DNA of 63,837 bases, filler included, from Diploschistes diacapsis (taxonomy: Eukaryota): NCBI GenBank assembly GCA_023645945.1. It is 7 parts of 7 records of this genome, joined end to end, with 100 filler letters (N's around TTAATTAATTAA, not from the genome) between each part and the next. Parts side by side here need not be neighbours in the genome. Positions count along the whole stretch, not along the records: positions 27,462 to 36,498 come from JALAIB010001081.1; positions 36,599 to 45,621 come from JALAIB010001082.1; 5 more parts are not named here. One strand, 5' to 3'. A program made the translations under genes and the position numbers. The notes beneath the pieces were generated by a model, which saw only the letters and a program-made list of their open reading frames with translations, did no database searches and was not told where the DNA came from. Each line of letters begins with the position of its first letter. Position 1 is the stretch's first letter. Shown here piece by piece: positions 33,424 through 45,721 of the stretch.

Positions 33424-36400
33424 ATGGCATCCTCTACAAGGAGCTCCCCAACTGATGGGAAGGTTAAGTCCGAGGTCGTCCCACCAGCAACTAATTATGC
33501 AGCTCGCGAGGCTGATCAGTCTCGTTTTCTGCAGAGACTGGCCGACTTGAGAACCAAAAAGGCTGTAGTATCTTCTACAAGAACAAAGGAGATTGATGCC
33601 TTCCGCAGACTCCTCGAAACCTTATGTCAGCGCGTGGTTAAGCATGTTGAAGCTACAACAGGCAACGTCGACTTTCGATTCGATCGTTCTAGGTTGGAAA
33701 TAATAGGGAGTTATCAGAGCAATCTTGCTTTGAGCGACGAATCAAACTTGGATTTTGTGTTGTTATCACCTGGCTCAACCATTGACCTCGTCTCACCAGC
33801 CTACAAGATTCCACAACTGCTTCAACAGATGTTCCTCAGCAAAGGCATAGGGGCGCGGTTACTGACCAGAACTCATGCACCTATGCTCGTAGGCTGCGAG
33901 AAGCCAAACAAAGATCTTTTGAATGCCCTGGTGAAGAATTTCCTGATGATCGATGAGAAATCGAAGCGGTATGATCTTAAATCCATCGAGGGGCGGGAGG
34001 AGACGGAGAAGCTTACAGTTTCCGAATGGATAAGACGCATTGAGCTTGCAGCTGCAGAGGGTTGGTTCGAAAAAGACTACGAGAAGACGCTCGTTAGGAA
34101 GTTCAAGCACACTATCGAGTTCCCAGATCACCCTGTCAGCCCTGACCCGTGTGTGACACAAGCTAATCTTTCCGCGTTGAATGATGTTCTGGTGCGTTAT
34201 GATGAGCCACCGGATCCTCTTCTAGAGATACCGGAATCTGGTGTTGGTATTCGGTGGACCATGCGTTTAGCCGACGAGCTTGCGCTTCATAATACACAAT
34301 TACTCCGCTGTTATGGGAAGTGCGATCATCGTGTTCGTGACATCGTGACTTTCGTAAAGGCATGGACCAAACACAGAACTATCAACGACACCACTCGTGG
34401 AACACTCTCTTCTTATGGATACACAATCATGACGTTACATTTCCTTATGAATGTTGTCCAGCCTGCTGTCTTGCCAAATCTACAACAGCAGCTGGCCACC
34501 CACCGAGGCGGCTCAAAAGACACGCCCACTATGTATAATGGAAAAGATATTCGTTTTTGGCGCGATGAGGTGGCTATTCAACGGGCGGTCGAAGATGGAG
34601 AGTGGAATGAAAATAAAGAGCCTGTCGGATCCTTGCTGAGAGGATTCTTCGAGTACTACGACAACCCTAAGGCGAAGCTGCGGGAATCTCGCTTTACGTG
34701 GGGTCTCAGAGTCGTTTCCCTGAGAACTACAGGTGGCATTCTGACAAAAGAAGAGAAGGGCTGGGTATCTACAAATGTAGGAGCCATGCCGACATATTAT
34801 CCCTGGGAGAAGCCAATCGAAATTCAGCATCGCCATCTTCTATGTGTCGAAGACCCATTCGAGACCGACAGCAATGTCGGATACAGCGTCAGCTACCCCG
34901 GAATGTGCAAAATGAAGGATGAATTCAAGCGTGCTCGTCGTATCATCGAGAATCTTGGCCGTTTTCCAGGCAGCAAGCATTGGGATCTCTTCGACCAAGG
35001 TGAACAGTCTGATCTTGATCGCCCATGGCTGTACTTTGGGAGGAAGCTATGCAAAGGGGATCTATCCACAAAGACATCTGAAAGTCAAGAAAGCTTACCA
35101 GCGACACCCAAAGATCCAGGCTCAACCACAGGCATTTCCAAACAGTCACGAGGTTCTGCGCAGACGCATGACAACGGTACAAACAAGCTTTCATCGCCCT
35201 CATGCAGGAAAGCGCCTCCGCCTGTCCCACAGAAAGTGAATACTGGGTCAGATGGTCCTTGGCCAGCTTTGCCGACACCTAGTGGCTCAACGCGGAAAAA
35301 GATAGCTCAAGTAGGCAAGTGGCTAGATGCAGCAAATAGGAGCCTCACTGAAAGCCCAGCCCAAGGGCCAGAACAGTCAATGACTTCGTCTGAATGCAAG
35401 AATACAAGCGCTACTAGTGACGAAGATGACTCGACCCTGGTGAAGGACGCCACGGTTCGAAGGCTTCGGTCTGACCACGAAAGTCCCAGTGGCCGCCTGG
35501 TTTTCAAAAAAACGCGACAAAGATCATTGAAACTCTCTTCTGAGCCAGGACAATATATAATCGGACCTTCAAGGGAAATCGGAAGCATACAGCCAGTTTA
35601 CACCCATCACAGCACTAACCAAGGAAGTCTTGGTACCCGAAAGTACAGTGCCCATGGAATTCAACATACGGTGAGCGAGAACGAAGGTTGTGGGCTCATC
35701 AAAAATAGCCAGGCTAGTAACAGCGCCCAATCTACAAGTAACCATATGGCACTTGGTCAGGCATTTAGCTCAAGATTAGGTGCCTCAAGCTCGGTACATT
35801 CTGCACAAGATGGGGCCGATTCCACTCTAAGAACAACCTTGCAGCAGCTACACACTATAGAGCATCCCCCTCTCTCAGATCGTGCTTCGGCCAGCACTGG
35901 TTTCAATTCTTCAAAGCTTGGCACACCGTATCTCCCGCCGTACAAGCGCGAGACTCAGTCTCCCGCTCCAAATGTCCCAGATAGCCGCTCAAACCCCATT
36001 AATTTCTATAACGTGGGAATACTAGTAACAGGAGGTAGCTGCACTTCACCGCATGCTCCCCGCTCTGACCTCTTCAACTTTGAGCCCATCCCGGATCTTT
36101 CGCCAAACCCGGATCTCTGGGGTCCAATCCCAGTTCCCGCTCCCGCTACCTATGCGACCTCCAGCACCAGATCAACGCTCACCACAACAACCTCCAACCC
36201 CTCCACCACCTTTTCCATACACTCCAATGCAAGAAGCGCAACAGGACGACCAGGAGGCCTAGGCGGCATCCTCCACACGCAAGCCCCCGCATCGGTTCCA
36301 GTCCTCACCTTGGGCGCAGACGCCACCATCAATCCCAGCACAACAAACACCACCTCGACCCACTCCGAGGCTGCGGAAGCCGCTGAAGCTACAGCACGCA

Positions 36401-36498
36401 GCCCAAGCCCCAACAGAATCCCTCACCCCCCTGCACCACAAACCGCAGAAGCCGCACCCACCGCGCAGCAGCAGCCCGCACAATCCATCTCCCTCCCC
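33424..36498 (+). CDS. Cid1/CutA-family non-canonical poly(A)/poly(U) polymerase-like protein with a degenerate active site (3'-partial)
   Basis: ALHNTQLLRCY..CDHRVR...FVKAWTKHRTIND..RGTLSSYGYTIM.LHFL....P.VLPNLQ; VGSLLRGFFEYY; LCVEDPFE. Long Ser/Thr/Pro-rich tail. Confidence 0.87.
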
Positions 36499-36598
36499 NN
36501 NNNNNNNNNNNNNNNNNNNNNNNNNNNNNNNNNNNNNNNNNNTTAATTAATTAANNNNNNNNNNNNNNNNNNNNNNNNNNNNNNNNNNNNNNNNNNNN
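36499..36598. other. Artificial contig spacer
   Basis: N44-TTAATTAATTAA-N44. Confidence 0.97.
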
Positions 36599-38299
36599 AT
36601 GTAATATGGACGCTTGCTTTAAAATTAACTGATATAGGTTGTAAATTGATTTTTATATTTTTAGCGCTATTTGACTTTTTTTACGTTTGAACGTGAACTT
36701 GATTGTATTTATGTTTATAAAAGATAATAAAGTTCGATGTTTTATATTGCTGCGATGGATCGCGACGTTATTTAAACTTAGACATGAAGCTATATCTGGA
36801 TATTGATTCTTAACATACTGCGCCCGTTAAGAATCTTCAATTTCCTTTTTAGGCGTTAGGCAATCATGTGACTCAATTTTATAAATTAATTATAAAATAA
36901 AGCTGAATTATCTTTTCTAGATTTAATAACGTTAATGATATTATTTTATTTATTTCTATGTATAGTTCATGATGGCCGAAAAATAGATCGCTATATCATC
37001 CTAATAACATCCTTTTCGAATAATTTTCCGAGTCCGTCTATATCACTTTCCAGATCCTACGCCAGACGATATTACTAAAATCATTCAAGTATACTTATAT
37101 CATGATAGTTGTTCTGTTATTGAACTTGATGGAACAAGATATTTTGCGCATGTGGAACTTATATAAGAATATAACGTTGGATAGTCTTTATTTTATATAA
37201 TATTTGATCTAGAAAAAGATTGCGAACTTAATTTAGACATATTACTTTATCGTGTTTTCCGAGTATATCAAGATACGAATAACGTTATGTTAATTATTAT
37301 ATACTTTATAAGAAGAAACTAATAGTCTTATTTAGCGTTATTAAAATTATCAAAAGTTTACGAGAAGAATAGAATTAAATTACGAAAATGCGAATATATA
37401 CCGATAAACTTTACCCGTGGATAGGTAGGAAGCCTAGGAATATAAACACAATGTTTCGTTCATAAGTAATTACAGTCTGTTAAGCTTAAAAGACAGTAAT
37501 ATTATCTTTCGAAGTCCTTGCATGCAGCATCTTTAAATTAATAGTTTAATTTTAACTTTATATTACTTCGTTAATTGTAGCTCCTAGGCCGTTCTATAAT
37601 TCAGCTTCGCTTGTTATTGTGAATGCTTAAAACTTGGTGGAGATTGTCCTAAACATGGAGGGCATATTTCCAATATATTGACATCTTGTACGTCCATTAT
37701 TCTTGAAAGATCCCGTATTCGTTTACTTAGAAGGATACAGATTTCTTGCTTAAAACGTGCCAACGCGGTAATACAACGCTAAATATCATAAACGAAGTTA
37801 TGTCCGCAACTATAATAATATACCAATTAATCACACATTATGAGTCTATAGATCATGATATTAGAGATATACCCTACTATAGATTTAAACTTACTTCTAG
37901 GGCGAGGGTTTAAAAGTAGAACATATGTTCTTTAGAACAGGATTTCATCGTTAAAAATAAGAAAGATTATCGTCGGTCGATAACGGATGGCGGATTAGTT
38001 TAAGCCACGGCTTTCTTATATATTTAATTAAATAAATTATTGCTATGATATTTGCGGGAGAAACGTTTTAATATATATTTATTTACTAATCTTCTAATCG
38101 TTAATTATATAGATAAAAGAACGACGTCAAGATGTCCCCGCTTACAGAAAATATTATTTAAAATAAAGGTTAGCGTTAATTAATAAAACGTTATATGACG
38201 GCGTATTTAGAATTAAATTTCTTTTATTAATTTATAACTATTAATACGTTTTATAGTATTAGATCCTTCTTGCGATTGCTAAAGCGATCTCCGCGGTGT

Positions 38300-40620
38300 C
38301 TATCGAACGTAAATTCCCGCCGCCGCCGCCATTCCGTCTTATCGAGTTCTTTTAATTCTTAAATCATCTTTTATTGTTTTATTAAGTTCTCTAGCCCTGC
38401 CAACAGCCAGCGAGGATGGACAAGAGATAGAAAAATGATAACCTTTATTGCCGCGTATGGCCAAAATTAATACTGGTAAGATAAACCGTATCTCAGCGGT
38501 AGTTCATATACTAATATATAATTAAATCTTCCGTTCGGCGGCTTTAATAAATAACGCGCGTTCGGAATCTCGTCCGCCTTTTCGCGCTATTCGTCGTTCT
38601 TTTTTACCTTCTCTTCTACCGCCTCTTGCTCTTATAAAAGGAATATACCGTTTTAGATGCGCCGCTGCCTGCTGCGATCACGGTCCTCCCTTACCTCTCT
38701 CCTCTCAGCCTTCGCCGCCGTTTTCTCTTTTCGGTCCCTCCGCTCGGCGCGGTATTTCTCGTTATTAGGTTTTCGTCGCCTTCTATTCGGAAGTTATTAA
38801 CTTGAAGGGTTCTTTAAAGAACTGCCTAAAGAGGTTAACGAAGGTTTCTACGTCGATAAGACGTAAGCGATTAATTTATTCGATCTTAATTTTCTATCGA
38901 TAGGCGCGAAAGACGTCGTCGATACGCGTTATAATGCGTTCGACGAATTTAGAAAACGATAACTACGACGTTAATTATTCGTTAATCTAATAATAGAACT
39001 TTTCGTCGCGTTAGATGCTATTATAACCTAAATTAAAATAAATTTTCGTTTATATACGGATAAATTAACTTTCTTTAAATATTTAATTAACGATAAGATA
39101 TACCGTCTCGTTTTTACGTAACGCGTCGATAAATCTTTTTTTAACTTCGTCCTCGCTTGCGTTTTAATCGGAAACGGGCTCGTATATATTAGACTACATA
39201 TCATTCGTATAATTAAAGTAGCTAGCCTTTATTCGCCGTCATCGCCGCCGTATCCGCGGTAAGTTCTTATCGTCTGAAATCTCTCTTCCCTACTATACCC
39301 CGCAACGCCGCTATTTCTGCTTCTTCTCTCGCCGCCGCCGCTCGTGCCTCTGCGTCGAGCGCAATACTTTCCGCTGTTCAGTGTACTATTCTCGAGATTC
39401 CTGGTACTTCCCCTCCTCGCGCTTGTTTTCGGGTTTATTAGATTTCGGCGTTACTTTCCGTCGCTTGTTCTATTACTACCGTAATTCGCCTCTACTGGTT
39501 AATAAGCTATCGGGCTACGAAGACGGAAATTATACCGCTGATTTTATCGGAAAGGATAACACGGTGTTAATAAATATTTTTATAAAATATAAATCGGTCG
39601 AAGCTTTTAAATCATTAATTAAAAATCTCGGCCGATTTATATAATATTATTTGATATATGATAAGGAATATCGTTCCGATATTTCTAATCCTCGTCATTA
39701 TTAAAAAAAAGAATCGGTGGCGGTTTATCGTAAACGTTATATCGACGAATAGCATGTAATCGGCGACAAATCGCTTCGCCATAATAATAAATACTGAACT
39801 ATAAAGAAAAACTGCGACGCCTTTATAGTATCTTCGAGTTCAACGTCGCGTTTATTTTATCGACGCTTATATTTAGCTCGATAATATTAATCAACGGTAT
39901 CGAGAGCGTCGAAAAGCGCTCGAGCTTCATTAATAATTTTTTCTCCTAAACTGAACTAAACTAACCTTTTATAGGCATTTTAGTATTCGTTTCTCGACAC
40001 CTTTCCCGCCTTTTTATTTCCTACGCCGCCGCCGATTGCCCTCGCCGTCTATCGGAAGGAGATTTCTGTTTAACGGAGATCCTTTAGCCGCCGCGCCATC
40101 TTATCGTATCTTAAGATTTGGCGTAGGATATAGATCCGTAGGGTCTATTTTACGCCGTTACGGTATATGCGGACGTTAAAGCGGCAGTCCTTTTAATAAA
40201 CTCGTGTCTATTATCGCTATCGCGTCGTCTTGTCGAGCTTTCGATTATTTTATATTTATTTATCGTGATGCTTATAGACCATTATTTAGGATTTACGACC
40301 GACGACGAGATAATATTTTTAAATAAACGTCTAATCTTAAAAACGTATACGGGCGGCGGCTTAAATAAAAAAGACCTCGTTATCGATAAAAATGATTTTA
40401 TATATAAAAAATAAGGTATCGAGATACGTTTCTAACTTCGTTTTAACTTCTAATGCTAGCCAGATCTCGAAAAGATCGTTAAAAAGATCGTTGGCGGCGC
40501 CTATTATTACGAAAAAGAAGATCGGCGTCGTTATTAAACTAAAAAAGGGGCCGGCGACGCGAACAAAAGATATAAGTTCATTCGGAAGAAATAAAGGAAC
40601 TTTCATAAACGGAAGAGGTA
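38300..40620 (-). mobile_element. RIP-inactivated Mutator-like (MULE) transposase relic; boundaries approximate
   Basis: Minus-strand manual translation gives a FAR1-like TRVY*KDCRFNVRIY (~40200); core AKRFVADYMLFVDITFTINRHRF...KSAEIFN...RVILSDKISGI (39782..39530); NLGYNSI*RDEKFY (~39020); and SWIM-like YELPLRYGLSYQY...LSLVHPRWLL (~38510..38400). Confidence 0.82.
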
Positions 40621-42199
40621 TATTTATTTAATTAAGAAATCATGATTTCAGAAACAAACTGATTAAACGAAAGAAAATTATTATAACAACTTTACGGGCA
40701 ATCTATTAAAGTTTAGGTACCATATCGTATAAAATGAAATTTAAGAAGTATATAATATTCATTGAAGACTGATTGCTATATTATAAATATCATTGCTTTA
40801 TAATTTAATCTCTCTTGTCCTATTCTCTAACGCTTTTTTATTTAGATATCTTTAATGAAGTTAGCGAATTGACGCATTAACCTGAAAGATTCAAAACTGA
40901 AGCTTTCCGTTGTATGCCTTACGGCGGTTTAATTGGCTGGATTATTATAAGAATAGGAATATCTGTAAGCTAATACTATCATCGCACGTACCTATCTATG
41001 TATAATATGCTGTAGATGGGACTAGTTAGGAACAAAGAATAATTAATCTATCTAATGCAGTCAACGGCTGTGATCATCGATTCCGCCTCGAATGCGCTAT
41101 AAAGTTTTATCTTCCGGTATTATCTCCTAGAAAGGTATAATCGTTAATAATGACCCGGAATTGAAAATTGTTACTATAAAACTTATACCGGCTGAACAGT
41201 GGGCTGAAAATACTTGAGCATTAAAAGATTGCACTTAAGTTAAAACTCCGTTATTGAAAAGATCAGGAAATCAGTCTTGCGGGAAGTCTAGAAAGAAATT
41301 GATGTGCAAGTCTTGATCTTCGATAAACCATTTGTAAGGAAAGTTCTGCGGGATAGAAGGAAGTAGTTATAGTGTGTTCTAAGCAATTCGCATATCGTGA
41401 CTTCTTAAAATCCTTTAAATATCTTTTAACGTTTTAACGCTTCAACGCTTCGTTATATGGTATATATACGCTTTATTGTGTATATATATAAAAGAATGCT
41501 CATGTTTTAAAATAACCGTTAAACGTATGGTAGGACCGATAAGGATAATTAAATAAAGGGTCAGGCGCTTTTTATACGCGAGTAAAGAAAAGCGTTAACA
41601 TTCATATTTAATAAAAAACAAACGTAGAACATCGACCCTAAAAATATAATTATGAATAAAAAACAAGAGCGTAATGTTACGGTAATATGTCTATTTATAA
41701 ACCGAAGTAAACACAGGATTTTTTTTCCGATGCTTATAGTTCTTCGATTGGGTACCGTATTTTTATTATATTTAAATCAGTCGAGAGACGTCTCGGATCG
41801 AAGATACTAATACGAGTCCAAGTTTTTACGCTCGATCCATTTGAGCATTAAAGTTATCCTATGTCTGGTTCTAAATCACTAATTAGCGTAAATTTGTGTA
41901 CACGCGAAAAAAACCGTAAAGTGTTATTTTTGAGATAGATAACTCTTACCATTGTAAATAGTGTTAATTTATGTCTTGCTTTTTCTTTAAGATATTTATG
42001 CTAAAGTAAATTTTTTATAGTTAGTTATCGAGATTCTTGTTGAACTGATCAGGCGTTCTCCCCTTCTAGTCTAAAAAGGCTTTCATACTGAAATTCATAA
42101 TCGAAATAGAACAAAAATGTTTCCATAGTTTCAAGAAGATTAGTTTAAATAAGGTTTTAGATACACTTAAGTGTAATGTAGAAAGACATCGCTTTTCAT

Positions 42200-44030
42200 C
42201 TACCGTGTAAATATAGGATTAAATCGGGTAAGGAATCGAACATCGCTTTTCAACTACTTAAGTATAGGAGGATGGGTCGAACAGATATCCTTTTTACGGA
42301 CCAGATATTGCGCCTAAAAAGATCTCTACAAAGTTCTTTCCTAATAATACATATATCTTTACTTTCCTGCCCCGTAGTTTATTAATTCCCATCGTTCTTT
42401 ATTATAATTATAAACAACAATACTACCTTCCTTTACTTTTCAAGAAATAATAAAGTCCAATCATAGAAGACCCATTTCCTAACATTGATTACCGCTTTCA
42501 ATAATTCATCTATCTCTGATCGCTATTTCAGGGTCTATACCCAAATCAATTAAATTATTGACTAGCTCGATCTTTTCCGACCACAAACGATATAAAATAA
42601 AACCAAATACCTCAACGTTTTTTAAGAATTTTCAGAACAGGCCCTTATTTATTACAACTTTAAAGTTATCGAAAGATATATAATTTCCGTTCGTCCCGAG
42701 ACGTACGCGGTAATTCTTTATAATCTCTCTAAAAAAAACTAGACCTTTACTATAGAAGTTCTAAACGTCTTAGAAATTTATCTTACGCGCGTTAACGAGC
42801 TTGAACTTTCATCTAAAGATCGGAAAGAGACGTTAAAGCACCTTAACTCGTGTTTATAACAAAGCTCTATTTAACCGCTTTATCCATTATTCACCGACGT
42901 GATTAGTTCCGATAATCAAACTTTCTTATTTAAATCTAAATATAATAATCATTATCGCTATAAAGAAACGACATAACTATTTAAACGAGTAGTAGTTCAA
43001 GCTCGCAAATCTTTCGGCCTAACAAATTCCAAGATTTTTTATATAATAAATAAATTCGCATACGCGTATATTGACCTCGGCCGGTTCTTTAAAACAGACA
43101 CATTACTTAAGGAAATTTGGGCTATCAAGCGTTCATTTTATAATAACAACCATCCGGATACATTAACGATCATAAAAAATTTATATATATATTGTTATCG
43201 ATCTAAAAAACGTGAAAAAAATAAGTAATTATAAAATATTATTATTAAAAAATTCTTTGACTTTTATAATATAAATTTAAGGGTAAGCTCGCGATAACAT
43301 TTCTTAAATAACCCCTCGTAAAATCTTAGGAAAGGTATAGCGTCTTATTGCGATCTTAGATTCGAAGAACAGTTTAATTTATAAATATTTGATCACAATC
43401 GGGCCACGTTTCTAACGAATGAAAACGAATTTAAAAAGATCGAGAACATATTTTAGATTATTTTTAAAAACCGTATCAAAAAACTTGACGGAAATTATCC
43501 TCTAATTTTAACCACTCGCAAAAACCTTGGAATAATATGGATCCGCTAGTAGAAATATCTTGAAGCTTAAGAAGCTTTAAAAAACGTATTCTACGATACG
43601 ATTAAGGTATTCGGAAAATATTCGTCGATAGTTTTTAGCGTCTTAGATAATCTTACGACTTATTTAACGTAACAGGATAATTATAATAAAGTTATTAAGC
43701 TCTCGCAAGAAACTATAAAGAAAAGTCGATATGTCCTCGGTAACAATTGCCTCCAGACCTTAGAGATTTAATACAATCTAAGATTCAATCTACAGCAGCA
43801 AGGTGTTCTAGGTATGGCAGAAAAAAATTACCGATAGGTCCTAACACGCAAAAGAATTATTCTAGGTATAAAGCATCCGGAAACTTTATGTACTATTATA
43901 AATCTAATTAATATCTTGAATTTATAGTAACGGGTTAACGAAGCTAAAAATCTTCGCTCCGAGTTTCTTAATGATAAACATTCAATAAAAAGATTAGTAT
44001 TATCTGAACGCAAATTCGAATAATATTAAG
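42200..44030 (+). pseudogene. RIP-degraded gene with kinesin-light-chain-type TPR repeats (NLR-like C-terminus); 5' limit approximate
   Basis: Manual translation: LFKRVVVQARKSFG, NNNHPDTLTIIKNL, GNYPLILTTRKNLG, VLGNNCLQTLEI*YNL, ILGIKHPETLCTIINL, with scattered TAA/TAG stops. Confidence 0.75.
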
Positions 44031-44874
44031 TTTAAGCATTAAAGATAGATATAAAGAATATATATTAATTAATTATAGCGTTTTTTAAGAAAGTTGTGCC
44101 ATCAAGATCGAAATTAAATCCTTTCGTGTTCCCAGTTTAATGATTTGGTTATCTTAGGCCCTATTTGGCTGCATATAGAGCAGCTCTACGTAACGCGTTT
44201 GATAAGCTAGCCCTATTACGCTGTCGCTTCCCATCCTCGACCTAATAATCCAACCTTGACCTAACCTCCCAGCTTTCTTAGCTCTACGTATGCGTGATGG
44301 CATCTTTATGATGCCCTCGCAGGCGTAACATTTGTCGTAATATTAGACTACGTAAAGTTTCGGAACATCAGCGAGTAAGATAACGATCATATTGCCGCTG
44401 TTTTCGCGATGTCTAAATTAAAAATCGTTTATTTTAATTAGGGTGAAGGCGGCAGCGATAGGGTTTCTATTCATTTTAAATCATTCGTAGAATGTTGTAA
44501 GAGCTCGAGAGCTTTCACAGCATTTTACGAAGATTTTAATGGTTTAAAATATTATGTAATTTTGTACAAGTTACGTAAAGGTTCTACGCATACTTTACGT
44601 TGATTATCAAACAGGGCTTTAGTTTCTTGATATTTATGTTATTATAGATCTTCTTCAGATGGAATACTTCATTTAAGATATTGAAAGTACTGGTACTGTG
44701 TCAATTTTTATGTTATAATAAAATTAATTTAATTTCTATATTTCGCGATGATTAAAATTTTTATAGCTTCTTAAGATATTGATAAGGCTTATAGATCTCT
44801 TCGTTCCCTAATTTGCGCTGATAAGTAACCAGATATATTTTAAATTACAACAACGGCTAGATGTAGTAGCCATA

Positions 44875-44931
44875 GCAGCTACTGGCTGTTGCTGCAGCTA
44901 CTGGCTGTTGCTGCAGCTACTGGCTGTTGCT
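44875..44931. repeat. 19-bp tandem repeat x3 (GCAGCTACTGGCTGTTGCT)
   Basis: Three exact consecutive copies. Confidence 0.9.
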
Positions 44932-45621
44932 GCTACTAGGGGGTGTCGCTTGCACTTGCACCTGCCGGTGTCGCTAGTGACGCCATTGCCACGATGCCAG
45001 TAGGCATCCAACACCTGTTGCTATAAGAGCTCGCTACACCCACCTAGCTTTTTAGAATCATCTTCATTCCAATCAATAATTTGTGCATATACTACACTAG
45101 ACGTCGTTATCACTCAATCTATTACTTATTCCAGGGAGCAGCGAGAACGAATTCATAGAACAGCTTAATTATTCTTATCTCTTAAATCTAAAGTTTAAAA
45201 CTATTATTGGATTTATAATTTCCGTCTTTTTAAATATATATCTATCTACGATTTTAAGAAATCAAGTATATTTAAACGAGGAAAATAATTCTTAAACGAC
45301 TGAAACTTATAATAATTATTTTTATATTAAAGAAACTTTAAACGCAAATACCTTTTATAGTAACGAAAACGGCGTTATATATATCTATCTTTTCGATCCG
45401 GTCGAAAGAGTTTCTACTCGCATTATTCGAGAAGCAGTTAAAATAGGCGTTATAAAAATTAAAATTTTTAAAATTAAATTAATAGTTTTACTTATAATTA
45501 ATAAAAGCCTTCGATATAAAGTAAAACGTATTATATATAACGCGATTAAATTTATAACAAAATATTAAAATATTTCTAAAAAGATCCGAGACCTTTAGCC
45601 CCGTCGATCGAAATATAACAT

Positions 45622-45721
45622 NNNNNNNNNNNNNNNNNNNNNNNNNNNNNNNNNNNNNNNNNNNNTTAATTAATTAANNNNNNNNNNNNNNNNNNNNNNN
45701 NNNNNNNNNNNNNNNNNNNNN
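45622..45721. other. Artificial contig spacer
   Basis: N44-TTAATTAATTAA-N44. Confidence 0.97.

Larger units (their letters stand above)
36599..45621. other. AT-rich, RIP-like mutated contig
   Basis: Visibly TpA-rich and CpA/TpG-poor while CpG is retained. Almost no ORFs in the track. Stop codons fall where Gln/Trp codons are expected in the relic genes. Confidence 0.85.

Noticed and set aside
18311..36498. ABC transporter, peptidase, nuclease-like gene and nucleotidyltransferase as one functional cluster or defence system
   Set aside because: The genes lie on different contigs across an artificial spacer, and within contig 4 the neighbours are ordinary housekeeping-type genes.
39381..40631. 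Short ORFs in the AT-rich contig (39381..39644, 40361..40606, 40392..40631) as genes or organellar DNA
   Set aside because: They are remnants or antisense shadows of the RIPed Mutator transposase; retained CpG and the lack of mitochondrial gene motifs argue against a NUMT.
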